Source: a virus (Duplodnaviria; Caudoviricetes). From it: DNA of 64,000 bases. A program made the position numbers and the translations under genes. The notes under the pieces are model-generated. The model was not told the DNA's origin. It saw only the letters and a program-made list of their open reading frames with translations, and did not search any database. Shown piece by piece: positions 1 to 9,256 of this stretch; the first letter of the stretch is position 1; each line of letters begins with the position of its first letter. Where the stretch lies: positions 2,180 to 66,179 of the IMG/VR virus record IMGVR_UViG_3300035698_018668; one strand, written 5' to 3'.

Positions 1-232
1 AATTACGGTTGCCACTTCAGCAGATCCGAATCTGATGAATTTAAGTGATGTGATAGATGGGATATTTGACGATTTCAAACCAACAAAAGAAGTGCGTATA
101 TTTGATGTGCACACTGGGTTAACCGTAGGACATGCGATTACGTTAGATGACACCCGTGTGATGCCAGTTCAAAAGTCTTCAAAATCTAAGATCTTCCAAT
201 CTGTCGTCTTCGAAGCGGCCTTAGTTTACTAG
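1..232 (+). CDS. 5'-truncated virion protein, probably tail completion/terminator
   Basis: The frame of ORF 35..232 is open back to the window start. It lies just upstream of the tail tube gene; the function call is positional only. Confidence 0.45.
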   Translation, partial: ITVATSADPNLMNLSDVIDGIFDDFKPTKEVRIFDVHTGLTVGHAITLDDTRVMPVQKSSKSKIFQSVVFEAALVY

Positions 233-553
233 CTCCTCCGCTTCAGTTAGCTCATGTATTACAGTGGCTAGGGTCACTTGAAAAGCTTGGGGTCGGGTGT
301 ATAGTGTACTACGGCAGAACTTATTGAGTTTCTCTAATTCTGAATCAGAGAGTCTTAAAGTAAAGCTTTTCAACGTACCGGATAAATCTACAGAAGACAT
401 ATCTGTTATTTGTGGTTTATTGGTAAAGAAGTAGTCTAACATCGTACGTATTTTTGATGCTGTATTTGGCTCATCTATAGGCAGATTTTTAACTGCTTCG
501 TAAACTACTCCGGGGAGCGTGACTGGTACTGGGTTATTTCTCGATATCATCAT
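221..553 (-). CDS. tandem ribbon-helix-helix (Arc/CopG-like) DNA-binding protein
   Basis: Two strand-helix-helix-like segments (PVPVTLPGVVYEAVKNL..KIRTMLDYFF and KSFTLRLSDSELEKLNKFC..TRPQAFQVTL). GAGGA RBS before the ATG. Confidence 0.55.
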   Translation of the reverse strand: MMISRNNPVPVTLPGVVYEAVKNLPIDEPNTASKIRTMLDYFFTNKPQITDMSSVDLSGTLKSFTLRLSDSELEKLNKFCRSTLYTRPQAFQVTLATVIHELTEAEELVN

Positions 554-608
554 AACTAGGTCCTCGTTAGTAAGGTATTAATAATAACCTAAAATTTGGA
601 GATTGACG

Positions 609-1445
609 ATGGCCGGTGACGCTAAATCAACTAACTTTATGCTGGGTACTGCCACAGTAATGCTCGGCACCCCGGAAGAACTATACGCGCTAAACCCTGT
701 AGCCCACAGCTTAGGCTTAGTAAAGAATTTTAACATCGATGCTTCGAAAACCACTACGGACCTTCAGGGTGGCCGAACCAACGAAATCATCATGACATTG
801 ACCACAGGTGCTGAAACTCGTTGCACTTTTGAAATGTATGAATACACTGAAAAGAACATTGCTTACGCTCTAGGTCTTGAAGGGTCTGGATTGGTAGCTG
901 TTTCGGGGGATGCTTTTGTGTCGTCTTCGTCAGCTACTTTCTCAGCTGGATCGATAGAGATTTCGGTTGCGGATGGCCTAGGTCAGGACCTTAGTGCGGG
1001 GGATACTGTTAGTTTGCGTAATTCAGATGATGAGAATATTATTATCGGTACGGTAACTGCAGTTTCTGGAATTGCCACTGGAACGGCTTCTGGCGGCACA
1101 GCATCGATTACGATAGCGGTACCGGATACGACCTTAGCCACTGCGTTACCTGTAGGTACTGAAGTATCTCAAGTAACATCCCTTGATGTTGGTTCTACTG
1201 ACGTTGACCGTGATTATTCGGCGAAGATAACTGGCCAGTTGGCAAACGGTAAATGGGTAACGTTATTGTTCCCGAAAATCCGTATTAGCTCGGGTTTATC
1301 TATGGCGTTCTCAACGGATCAGTTTGGCAACATCCCGTTTGAGTTTAAGCCCCTAAAACCATCTTTGGTGGATAGCAACTACGCGGCGTTCAAAGGCCGT
1401 TCAGGAACTATCAGCATTGACTCGGTAAAAGCCCCACTGGCGTAA
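609..1445 (+). CDS. major tail tube protein
   Basis: Beta-rich S/T/G protein placed before the chaperones and tape measure gene, followed by a terminator. Start at the motif ATG (609). Confidence 0.75.
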   Translation: MAGDAKSTNFMLGTATVMLGTPEELYALNPVAHSLGLVKNFNIDASKTTTDLQGGRTNEIIMTLTTGAETRCTFEMYEYTEKNIAYALGLEGSGLVAVSGDAFVSSSSATFSAGSIEISVADGLGQDLSAGDTVSLRNSDDENIIIGTVTAVSGIATGTASGGTASITIAVPDTTLATALPVGTEVSQVTSLDVGSTDVDRDYSAKITGQLANGKWVTLLFPKIRISSGLSMAFSTDQFGNIPFEFKPLKPSLVDSNYAAFKGRSGTISIDSVKAPLA

Positions 1446-1475
1446 TGTAATCCAAGGTTAAAGTGATGTACTATT

Positions 1476-1502
1476 AAAGGTCTCAGATTGAGACCTTTTT
1501 TT
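1476..1502 (+). terminator. intrinsic terminator
   Basis: AAAGGTCTCA-gat-TGAGACCTTT followed by a T run. Confidence 0.85.
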
Positions 1503-1521
1503 ATACCTACAGGAATTGACG

Positions 1522-1887
1522 ATGCAAATGAATAACCCCTCTCCACGATTCGAAGTTACCTTTAACAATACTAAAAAAGAAGTGTTTATGAGCTTCGGCC
1601 TAGTGAATACGATTGCCGGAATGTTTGAAGACATGAGCCAGCTTACTGAGGCATTTACCAACCCACATGTCCGAGGCGCTCTGGTGGTTGAATGCTTATC
1701 AGAGCGCAATGAAAATGGCGGTCTAGTAAAAGAAATAGATTTGAATACACTGGGCATAGAAACAGAGCATTTATTTGAATTCCTTACTTGGGTGGAGGCC
1801 CACGTTTCTGATTTTTTTACTCAGAGTTTGGTAAGGGCGACGAGCTCGATGCGGAAAAAAGCTCAGGGAATGAAAGAAAAACCCTAG
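1522..1887 (+). CDS. tail assembly chaperone (lambda G-like)
   Basis: Lies between tail tube and tape measure genes. Contains a T7 slippery run at 1812-1818. Confidence 0.7.
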   Translation: MQMNNPSPRFEVTFNNTKKEVFMSFGLVNTIAGMFEDMSQLTEAFTNPHVRGALVVECLSERNENGGLVKEIDLNTLGIETEHLFEFLTWVEAHVSDFFTQSLVRATSSMRKKAQGMKEKP

Positions 1888-2174
1888 AGAGTTTTTCAAC
1901 TTGGTACGAAGAGCTCACCTTTGATGAAAAAATGTGTGTCGTATTCAAAACCGTTCCTAGTCGGTTGAACACTTTCTTTTGGAAGTATACGAAAGTTGAT
2001 GTTCAGTGCGAGATAAAGCTGCAGCTGGGATTAAAAACGATTGAGATGACACAGCAATATGAAAATATGCTGAAGGTCGCAGGGGCAATTTTCGGAGAAT
2101 CCGAAGACGATAAGCCCAAACCACCTAAAGACGAAGCAGAGGCCATGGCGCAGTTCGCCGCTCTAGGCCTTTAA
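1812..2174 (+). CDS. tail chaperone -1 frameshift extension (lambda GT-like)
   Basis: The -1 frame is open from 1812 (right after TGA at 1809-1811) through ORF 1932..2174. Confidence 0.6.
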   Translation, partial: FFYSEFGKGDELDAEKSSGNERKTLESFSTWYEELTFDEKMCVVFKTVPSRLNTFFWKYTKVDVQCEIKLQLGLKTIEMTQQYENMLKVAGAIFGESEDDKPKPPKDEAEAMAQFAALGL

Positions 2175-2191
2175 AAATTTGGAGATTGACG

Positions 2192-5100
2192 ATGAGTACC
2201 GGTAACCGTATTAAGCAAACCCTGTTGAATGTTGGTGTTGACCCGAAAGGCATCAAAGACCTAGACAGAATGGTCAAGCAGTTTCAGGCTTTAGAGAAAG
2301 CCATGAAAGACGCGGGCAAGTCTTTAAAAGATGCGGTTCCAGAAATCACAAAAGACAATTTGAAAAAGGGTGGTACCCCTGTAGATATAGGTCAAACCAC
2401 CCAGTATCGTAAATTGTTAGATGCTCAAAAACAAAATATTAAGGGTGTTAGTAATCAATTCGTAAGCGACATTGTTAATAACAAAGGTTTAGGCTTAACT
2501 AGAAGTCAGAAAGCTGACGTACAACGTTCGTTCAATAACACCTTCAAAGAAATGATGGGGGATTTCACAGGGAGCCTAAAAAAACAGGTAAAAGCCCAGC
2601 GTAAAACCCTAAACGATTTCTATACTCAGGAGTTTAATAAGCGTCCGGAGATTGCTCGTCGTACTCCGCTAACTCAAAACCAAGCCCGCAGTTTACGCGG
2701 GAATGAGTTACAAGCTGGCCTAGAGGCCACAAAAGTGCAGCTTAGAGGTGCGCGAGCGGGGCTTTCTTTTGCCCAAAAGAACGAAGGAAATGACAAGTTA
2801 CTTACGCAAGCAAACTCTGAAATTAAGCGCTTAAGTAAAAACCTGAAGCTAGGTAACGAGAGATTCGAAGACCAAACTCGGATACTTAGAAAACAATCCA
2901 ACGTTGCAGCCAAGGCGGGATTTAAAGACCCAGCATTAGCCCGTTCAACGAGTTTCTTTTATAACGATCAGTTTAGAAGAAACCCAGCCACAAGTCGCTT
3001 GCCCGCTATCGATGGAAGCTCTTTAGGAACTCTTGGGGCTGGGGACCTTAGAGCGCAGATAGCCAGCCAGAAACTATTACTCAAAGGGGCCAACAGCGCC
3101 CGAGATATTGGCCAAGAAACCCGCAACACTAAGCTTGAGAGTCAGGCCTCACGCTCAATTAAAAGCCTAAGTGAAAACTTAGACAAAGCCACGCTTAGAT
3201 TAAAAGAGCTAGAGAAAGCGGCTAGAGATGCTGCAGCTGCCGAGAAGAGAGCAACTACGGCTGAAACTCGTAAAGTTAATCAGCAATCCAAAGAACAACT
3301 TCGCCCAACGGACCAGCAACGCCGAGTCAATAACGCGATGGAGCGAAACAAACAAAACTCAGTGAATCGAAACATCGATGGGGGGGCCGGTCTTTTTAGA
3401 CAGCAAGCCTCCCTCTTAAGAAACTATGCTGTTCTTGGTGGCGGCGTTGCTGCTGGCGCAGGAGCCGTCAGTTTCGCCGTCGAGCTACAAAAAGAATTCA
3501 AACAGCTGCAATCAATCGTTGCATTGACGAATACTGAAATGACGGAACTTGAGGAAACCTTAATTGGGGTTTCAGAGAAAACCAAGTTTAGTGCATTGGA
3601 TGTAACTCAAGCGGCGGTAACCTTAGGTCAAGCAGGTCTAGGAAAGAACGATATTGGCAACGCAATAGAAGGTGTGACGCTTTTCGCCACTGCGGTAGGT
3701 TCTGACCTTAAGTCAGCAGTAGACCTCGCTACGTCAACTCTAGGGGTCTTTAACAAGGACTCTTCGGAGATGGTCAACATCGTCGATAAGATGACGACTG
3801 CGGTGAACAGCTCAAAACTTAACTTGGATAAGCTTGCCTTAGGTCTTCAGTACTCAGGTAACTTGGCAGCACAATCGAATGTGAGCTTTGAGGAGACGGT
3901 TTCGGCCTTGGCAGCGATGGCCAACTCAGGTATTCGTTCGGGCTCAACGCTAGGTACCGGCTTACGTCAAATTATTATTGCTTTGCAAAAGCCGAGCGCG
4001 GAATTTAAGGATATTATTGGTGGCCTTGGTCTTACAATGGACCAACTTGATATATCCTCGCGCGGATTAGTGCCAACCTTGAAGCTACTTGCGGATGAGG
4101 GTTTTACCGTCAGGGATGCGATGAAATCGATGCAGGTTAGAGCGGCCTCTGCTTTCGGGGCTTTTGCCAACAACATTGATGTTGCCGATGAGTTGCAAAA
4201 GAAAATGCGACTGAGCGGCTCAGCCACGCAAGCTAACGCCGTACAAATGACAGCCCTAGCCTTTCAGTTGGAAAGACTATATTCCATCATGAAGTCAATC
4301 GCGTTCAACGCTTTTGAGCCCGTGATTAATAGCTTAACTAAGTTGGTTGAGAAGACCGGCGATTGGTTAAGTCAGCTTAGGGAGATGAAAGGACTTATAT
4401 CCTTAATCGGCCCAGGCCTTGCTATTTATGCTACGGCTGTTGGTGCACGCTCAGTCGGAAGACTTGGCGTGGGTCTTTTGAGCGGTGGGGCGAGTCTTCT
4501 TGGCGGTGCGGCTATCGGCGGTGGTAAAAAGGCCAGCCCCGAGTCGCGCACGATGGGTAAACTGGCCACGGCTATTTCTGGACGCGGGGGCCTATTAAGT
4601 GTCTTAGGCGGATTATCCCGCTTACTATCTTTCTTGCCAGGTTTTGGTATTGCTGTTGCTGCCGGTACGGCGGGGGTCCTAGCCTATAATGCTTTAGATT
4701 CTCAAGAGCGCAGCCGTGACCGAGTGGATACGACTCAAGCGCGTATCAATGAAAACGATTCTGACATTGAAACTTATGAGGCCCGGGTCACTAAAATAAA
4801 TGCCGCAATTATTGAGTTGATGGATAACCAACACTTGCTTGCGGATGATAAGGAGCTTAACCGCCGTATCCAGCGTTTGAATGATGACTTTAAGCTTCAG
4901 GGTTTATACCTTGATGATAATGTCACCAGTTACGCAAACCTAATCGATAAGATGAAGGAGTTTAGAAACGAAGCCATTGAGAATAGGGATGTGCTTACGT
5001 TTAGAGACCGTGATTCTTTCTTGGAGAACAACAAAGCGGTTATCGATGAGCTGTTTAGTAATGACCAAGAAAGCGAAACTATTTTGGATAGTCGTTTCGA

Positions 5101-7699
5101 TCGTTTGATCAATCAAACGGATCCGAACGCTGACGGCGCAAGAAATAATGTCAGGAGTCCTGCTTTTGGAGACAGAAGAAACGTTAGAGGCAATAGTAGG
5201 AAATCCACCCCTTTAGATTTCTTAAACACAATATTCCCAGACTTTGACACGCAACTTTCAGGCATTAACAAAAATCTAGCTCTTGCCCGAGACGGCGGGG
5301 ATGGTTCTTTAGGCGCTTCGGGAAAAGCCGTTGAAGACTTAAACACGCTCGTTTCTGAATTAACGACCTTTGTGAATGGCGGAAAAATAACTCAAGAGAA
5401 ATTACTTGCCCAAGTGTTCGGGGACGATGAGTCCTTATCTAAGAAGAGAAGTAAGGACCTTATTAAGGAGGTCTTGAACAGTCTTCAACAGCGCCAGCAA
5501 GCAGCCAACAAAGTTCAAGGGAACCTCAAGCAGTTTGATGATTCCAATGAAACCAAGATACGGCAGGAGACGCTTAGAAAGAAAACGATTACTGATGGCC
5601 CGGGTGAGCAGGTTATTCAAATTAAGGAGGAGTTTCAATCTGCTTTTGAGGAAGTTATAAAAAAGAATCAAGATACCCCAGATGCAGAGCAAGACTATAT
5701 TGCGCTTTATGATTCCGTTGAATTACTCGCGGCTAAAGCGGATAAAGAACTTGACGCGATAACTGAAGCAGCTGAGGCCATGGCTCGTCAGTTAGTTGAG
5801 CCAGGAACCGAAGAAGAAGTGAATAAGCGGGCTCGAAAACTATTGCGAGAAACGCGTTTCAACGCACTAGCTGCTACAGCAGAGTCAAACGTTAATGATG
5901 CTCAAAGACAAGCTGCAGAGCTTGCCACGCCAGATGTTAACTTCAGATTCAGCCAGCAGGAAAAAGGGCTGGCTAACTTAATTTCCCCGCTTGAAGTTAG
6001 ATTACGTGACAGTCTGGATATCGAGGAAAGTGGCGAGCTAATCAATAAAATAATGGAGTACTACCGTCAGAAGGTAGATATTGAAACGGCTAGACTTGTA
6101 TTTGATTCCAAGAAGGGTAAGGGGCTATCCGGCGAAGCTTTAGAAGTGCGAAATCGTGAAGCTGAAATAGACAAGCGAACCAAACTAGGGGAACTCAATT
6201 CCATTGCTTCAAAGAATCAAAGCAGAGTTGATATTGGAAACGCATTAACCACCGCTTATGAAGGGGATGGCCAGCTTAATCTCAGTCGTACTAAATTCTC
6301 AGACGATGACCTATCAAAACAAATTACTAATTTTGTGGGGGCGGTTAAAACTACGATCGCTGACGAGTTGAAAACCTCTGAAAACCGAGCGGATATAGTC
6401 GGGAATACTTCCGCGCTTCGTAAAGTCGATGCGGAACGCTCCTTAGAACTTGGAGAGAATGAAGCTTACACCGGAAGAGCCCGACGCAGAAATATCGCGG
6501 ACAGCGAATCTTCAATTGATGAGGTCAGCATCTTAGATGCTCAGTCTATTGATATTAGACGTAGAGCCTTAGCTTCCGCTATTGCGGATTACCAAAAGTT
6601 AATTGAAATACTCAATAGCCAAGTCGTCAACAACGAAGACCTAGCTAAAGGAAAATCTAAAACCGCAGCGATAAAGCAAGTTGCAGACCTTGAAAAATTA
6701 GTTACTAATCAGAAAAAATCCCTGATTGACCTAGATTCTCAAGCAGCGGAATCAGCGGAAGGCGTAGACAAGTTCGGACGGACCCTTACCAGCCTAAAGC
6801 GAGACCTAGAAGGTGGCAGCTACGACACGAACCGTCAGAGAAAGATTAAAGCTCAGGTATATGGCACAAGCTATACCCCAATCGGGGAGACTGTTGCAGA
6901 TAATACGTATGCCGAGAATGAGTCGGGAGGCTTAGGTACTAAATTAACTAATGGTTTCAATGGGGCCCTTGAAGAGCTCAACATTGAGTTCTCAAACTTT
7001 GATGCTATAAGCACTTCGATTGAGGGTTTGACGGACTTAGCGAAGGGCATGGGCGACACTTTTGCCAATGCTTTTACTCAGTTTGCTACAGGGGCTTTGA
7101 GCGCTGAGGAAGCAACTAAACAACTGTTCGCATCTATGCTTCAATCGATGCTGAATATTGTGGCTCAGTCTGCATTCAAGCAGTTATTGTCCACGGTGTT
7201 TGGGAGTCTTGCAGGGGGTACTCTTGGGGGAGAAACAACTGGCGGTGGTGGCGGGGTAATGGGACCCCCCCCTCCTCCTACGGGTTATACGGGCGGTGAA
7301 GTAATGGCCGGAGGGGCCATCGGTCGCGGTTATTATGGTGGGGGTTTAATTAGTTCCGGGATAGGTAGCCGAGATTCTACGAATGCTCGGGTTGCCCGAG
7401 GGGAGTTTATCCTGCGTAAGAAAGCGGTAGACGCTTTGGGGGTTGATACGGTGCGAGCTCTTAACTCAGGGGATCCGAATATCATCGCCAAGCAAACCAG
7501 CAAAGTAGATGCGGGCACAATGCCAACGACTCAGGATAGTTCTGGCGGAGGTAAGACGGTAAACATGTATGTGGTCACTCCAGACCAAGTACCTCAGAAC
7601 TTAGGCCCAAATGATGTAGTGCATGCCGTCAGTGATAACTTGATGCGGGGGGGCTCTTTGAAGACCTTAATTAAACGAATTAACATGGATACTTTATAA
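2192..7699 (+). CDS. tail tape measure protein
   Basis: ~1835 aa, helical. TP901-type core (TKFSALDVTQAAVTLGQAG..NSGIRSGSTLGTGLR) and typical C-terminal GEFILRKKAVDALG motif. Confidence 0.92.
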   Translation: MSTGNRIKQTLLNVGVDPKGIKDLDRMVKQFQALEKAMKDAGKSLKDAVPEITKDNLKKGGTPVDIGQTTQYRKLLDAQKQNIKGVSNQFVSDIVNNKGLGLTRSQKADVQRSFNNTFKEMMGDFTGSLKKQVKAQRKTLNDFYTQEFNKRPEIARRTPLTQNQARSLRGNELQAGLEATKVQLRGARAGLSFAQKNEGNDKLLTQANSEIKRLSKNLKLGNERFEDQTRILRKQSNVAAKAGFKDPALARSTSFFYNDQFRRNPATSRLPAIDGSSLGTLGAGDLRAQIASQKLLLKGANSARDIGQETRNTKLESQASRSIKSLSENLDKATLRLKELEKAARDAAAAEKRATTAETRKVNQQSKEQLRPTDQQRRVNNAMERNKQNSVNRNIDGGAGLFRQQASLLRNYAVLGGGVAAGAGAVSFAVELQKEFKQLQSIVALTNTEMTELEETLIGVSEKTKFSALDVTQAAVTLGQAGLGKNDIGNAIEGVTLFATAVGSDLKSAVDLATSTLGVFNKDSSEMVNIVDKMTTAVNSSKLNLDKLALGLQYSGNLAAQSNVSFEETVSALAAMANSGIRSGSTLGTGLRQIIIALQKPSAEFKDIIGGLGLTMDQLDISSRGLVPTLKLLADEGFTVRDAMKSMQVRAASAFGAFANNIDVADELQKKMRLSGSATQANAVQMTALAFQLERLYSIMKSIAFNAFEPVINSLTKLVEKTGDWLSQLREMKGLISLIGPGLAIYATAVGARSVGRLGVGLLSGGASLLGGAAIGGGKKASPESRTMGKLATAISGRGGLLSVLGGLSRLLSFLPGFGIAVAAGTAGVLAYNALDSQERSRDRVDTTQARINENDSDIETYEARVTKINAAIIELMDNQHLLADDKELNRRIQRLNDDFKLQGLYLDDNVTSYANLIDKMKEFRNEAIENRDVLTFRDRDSFLENNKAVIDELFSNDQESETILDSRFDRLINQTDPNADGARNNVRSPAFGDRRNVRGNSRKSTPLDFLNTIFPDFDTQLSGINKNLALARDGGDGSLGASGKAVEDLNTLVSELTTFVNGGKITQEKLLAQVFGDDESLSKKRSKDLIKEVLNSLQQRQQAANKVQGNLKQFDDSNETKIRQETLRKKTITDGPGEQVIQIKEEFQSAFEEVIKKNQDTPDAEQDYIALYDSVELLAAKADKELDAITEAAEAMARQLVEPGTEEEVNKRARKLLRETRFNALAATAESNVNDAQRQAAELATPDVNFRFSQQEKGLANLISPLEVRLRDSLDIEESGELINKIMEYYRQKVDIETARLVFDSKKGKGLSGEALEVRNREAEIDKRTKLGELNSIASKNQSRVDIGNALTTAYEGDGQLNLSRTKFSDDDLSKQITNFVGAVKTTIADELKTSENRADIVGNTSALRKVDAERSLELGENEAYTGRARRRNIADSESSIDEVSILDAQSIDIRRRALASAIADYQKLIEILNSQVVNNEDLAKGKSKTAAIKQVADLEKLVTNQKKSLIDLDSQAAESAEGVDKFGRTLTSLKRDLEGGSYDTNRQRKIKAQVYGTSYTPIGETVADNTYAENESGGLGTKLTNGFNGALEELNIEFSNFDAISTSIEGLTDLAKGMGDTFANAFTQFATGALSAEEATKQLFASMLQSMLNIVAQSAFKQLLSTVFGSLAGGTLGGETTGGGGGVMGPPPPPTGYTGGEVMAGGAIGRGYYGGGLISSGIGSRDSTNARVARGEFILRKKAVDALGVDTVRALNSGDPNIIAKQTSKVDAGTMPTTQDSSGGGKTVNMYVVTPDQVPQNLGPNDVVHAVSDNLMRGGSLKTLIKRINMDTL

Positions 7700-7700
7700 T

Positions 7701-8093
7701 ATGGCCTTGCAAACTTTTAATTTTCCGTACCACTCAGTGCAAACTGAATACCCCAACAGAGGGCTTTCGGTGGCCCTGGGGGGCGGCTGGGAATATACCG
7801 TTAAACCAAACACGCCGATAGCGGTAGATTTAACCCTAACTTTTGCTGCGATGAAACGCTTTGATGAGGGCTTAGTGCTGACCGACCGACAAGAGGATAT
7901 CAGCCTTGCTCGTCTTGAAACATTCTACAGAGAACATGAGATGCACGAATACTTTTTGTATGAGCACCCAAATTTAGGTAATATGGTTGTTAAGTTTTCA
8001 GCCCCGTTGGTCGTTCCTCCGGGGACTATTGGCGGAGATGGGGCCGTATTAAACCTGACTTTTCGGTTAAAACAGAGGTCAATAGGTTACTAA
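7701..8093 (+). CDS. distal/minor tail protein (lambda M-like)
   Basis: 130 aa directly after the tape measure gene. The LETFYREHE..FLYEHP segment resembles M-like proteins. Confidence 0.6.
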   Translation: MALQTFNFPYHSVQTEYPNRGLSVALGGGWEYTVKPNTPIAVDLTLTFAAMKRFDEGLVLTDRQEDISLARLETFYREHEMHEYFLYEHPNLGNMVVKFSAPLVVPPGTIGGDGAVLNLTFRLKQRSIGY

Positions 8094-8126
8094 TTAACCT
8101 TTTATCAATTAAATGAATAAAATAGC

Positions 8127-8155
8127 TTGTAAATGGGCTTAAGTATAGGTAATCT
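8127..8155 (+). promoter_or_regulatory. sigma70-like promoter of the putative sRNA
   Basis: TTGTAA (8127-8132), 17-bp spacer, TAATCT (8150-8155), with an AT-rich UP-like tract upstream. Confidence 0.65.
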
Positions 8156-8159
8156 ACAC

Positions 8160-8240
8160 TCCGGTTAGCTTGCTACGGTAAGTTGATTATCGTCAATTCC
8201 AACATCAACCCCGCATTCATCGTGTGGGGTTTCTTTGTTT
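8160..8240 (+). ncRNA. putative trans-acting small RNA antisense to the phage start-codon motif
   Basis: Intergenic and bounded by promoter and terminator. Three hairpins: a CUUG-loop stem (~8161-8178), a GTTGAT/ATCAAC stem with loop TATCGTCAATTCCAAC (8188-8203), and the terminator. Confidence 0.7.
8207..8240 (+). terminator. intrinsic terminator of the putative sRNA
   Basis: AACCCCGCA-ttcatcg-TGTGGGGTT followed by TCTTTGTTT. Confidence 0.75.
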
Positions 8241-8288
8241 ATAGCCTGGAATAAGTTAGACTCAGGTTTAAAATTTGGAGAATTGACG

Positions 8289-8777
8289 ATGCCGGAAATT
8301 AGCGCAACTTTTAAAGAGGAAACTCAAAGCCTCTCACCTACAAAACCTCTTACGTTTATAGAAATTCTTTTCGAAGACCATCTAGCCAACAACATTGCGC
8401 TGCGCTTTACCGATGGCGATACTGTTAATTGGAAGGGCCAAACCTGGTCTAATCAACCTTTTAAAATGACGTCGATAATTAAGTCCTCTTCAGGGGAAGT
8501 TACCCGCCCAAAGCTCACTCTTCCGAATGACCAAGGGTTGTTCTCAGCTTACGTTTCTAAAAAGGTTCTGGACTTCGCAGAGGTTAATTCCTTTAAATGT
8601 TCTCCCTTGGAGCTGGATACCTTTGACGGGTTTCAACAAAGTTTTGTGGTATCTCATGTTGTCAGCTTATCTCAAGAAGCAATCACTATGGAATTAAGAA
8701 GAGCGAGTGATGGCAATAATTTTCGGTTACCCCCTAAGCGATATACTCAACCAGAATTCCCAACGGTGATCGTATGA
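8289..8777 (+). CDS. minor tail protein (lambda L-like)
   Basis: VNWKGQTWSNQPF..GEVTRPKLTLPN pattern and position in the tail tip block. Start corrected to the motif ATG at 8289. Confidence 0.75.
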   Translation: MPEISATFKEETQSLSPTKPLTFIEILFEDHLANNIALRFTDGDTVNWKGQTWSNQPFKMTSIIKSSSGEVTRPKLTLPNDQGLFSAYVSKKVLDFAEVNSFKCSPLELDTFDGFQQSFVVSHVVSLSQEAITMELRRASDGNNFRLPPKRYTQPEFPTVIV

Positions 8778-9256
8778 TTAGTGAGCTCTTTAAGCTGGTT
8801 GGAAAGCCGTATGCTGAAGGTTATCAAGATTGCTATACCTTGGCTCAAAAGTATTACCTTCAGCAGTTTAATATCCAGCTGACGAATTATGCTCGTCCGA
8901 ATAACTGGCATCATGTTACAGGCTTTAATTTGTTTGACCGATTTTTTGAGGCTGAGGGTTTTCAGGACACAGGGAATAACGCCCATAATGTAAAAGTGGG
9001 GGATGCGTTGTTAATCAATATTGCCCGGAGCGCCTGTACGAATCATGTGGCTATTTACGTTGGCCAAAATAAGATTTTGCATCACCTACAAGGTCAGAAT
9101 TCTAAAATGGAGCCGTATTCAGACCGTTGGCGCTTTAGAGTAAAGCGAGTTTTGAGGACTCCTGCAGCGCATTATGGAAACGATTTAACTTCACTTTCTA
9201 GTTTTTACAATCAGTTGCCTCCAACCATCAAGAGCCGCCTAAAGAATGAAAATTAA
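8774..9256 (+). CDS. NlpC/P60 tail assembly protein (lambda K C-terminal-like)
   Basis: DCY catalytic Cys plus NHVAIYVG..ILHH. Confidence 0.85.
   Translation: MISELFKLVGKPYAEGYQDCYTLAQKYYLQQFNIQLTNYARPNNWHHVTGFNLFDRFFEAEGFQDTGNNAHNVKVGDALLINIARSACTNHVAIYVGQNKILHHLQGQNSKMEPYSDRWRFRVKRVLRTPAAHYGNDLTSLSSFYNQLPPTIKSRLKNEN

Noticed and set aside
8172-8202. Antisense motif copy as the start of a hidden - strand gene
   Set aside because: It reads GACGATAATC with no ATG. The TTG frame stops after 7 codons, and the promoter and terminator point in the + direction.
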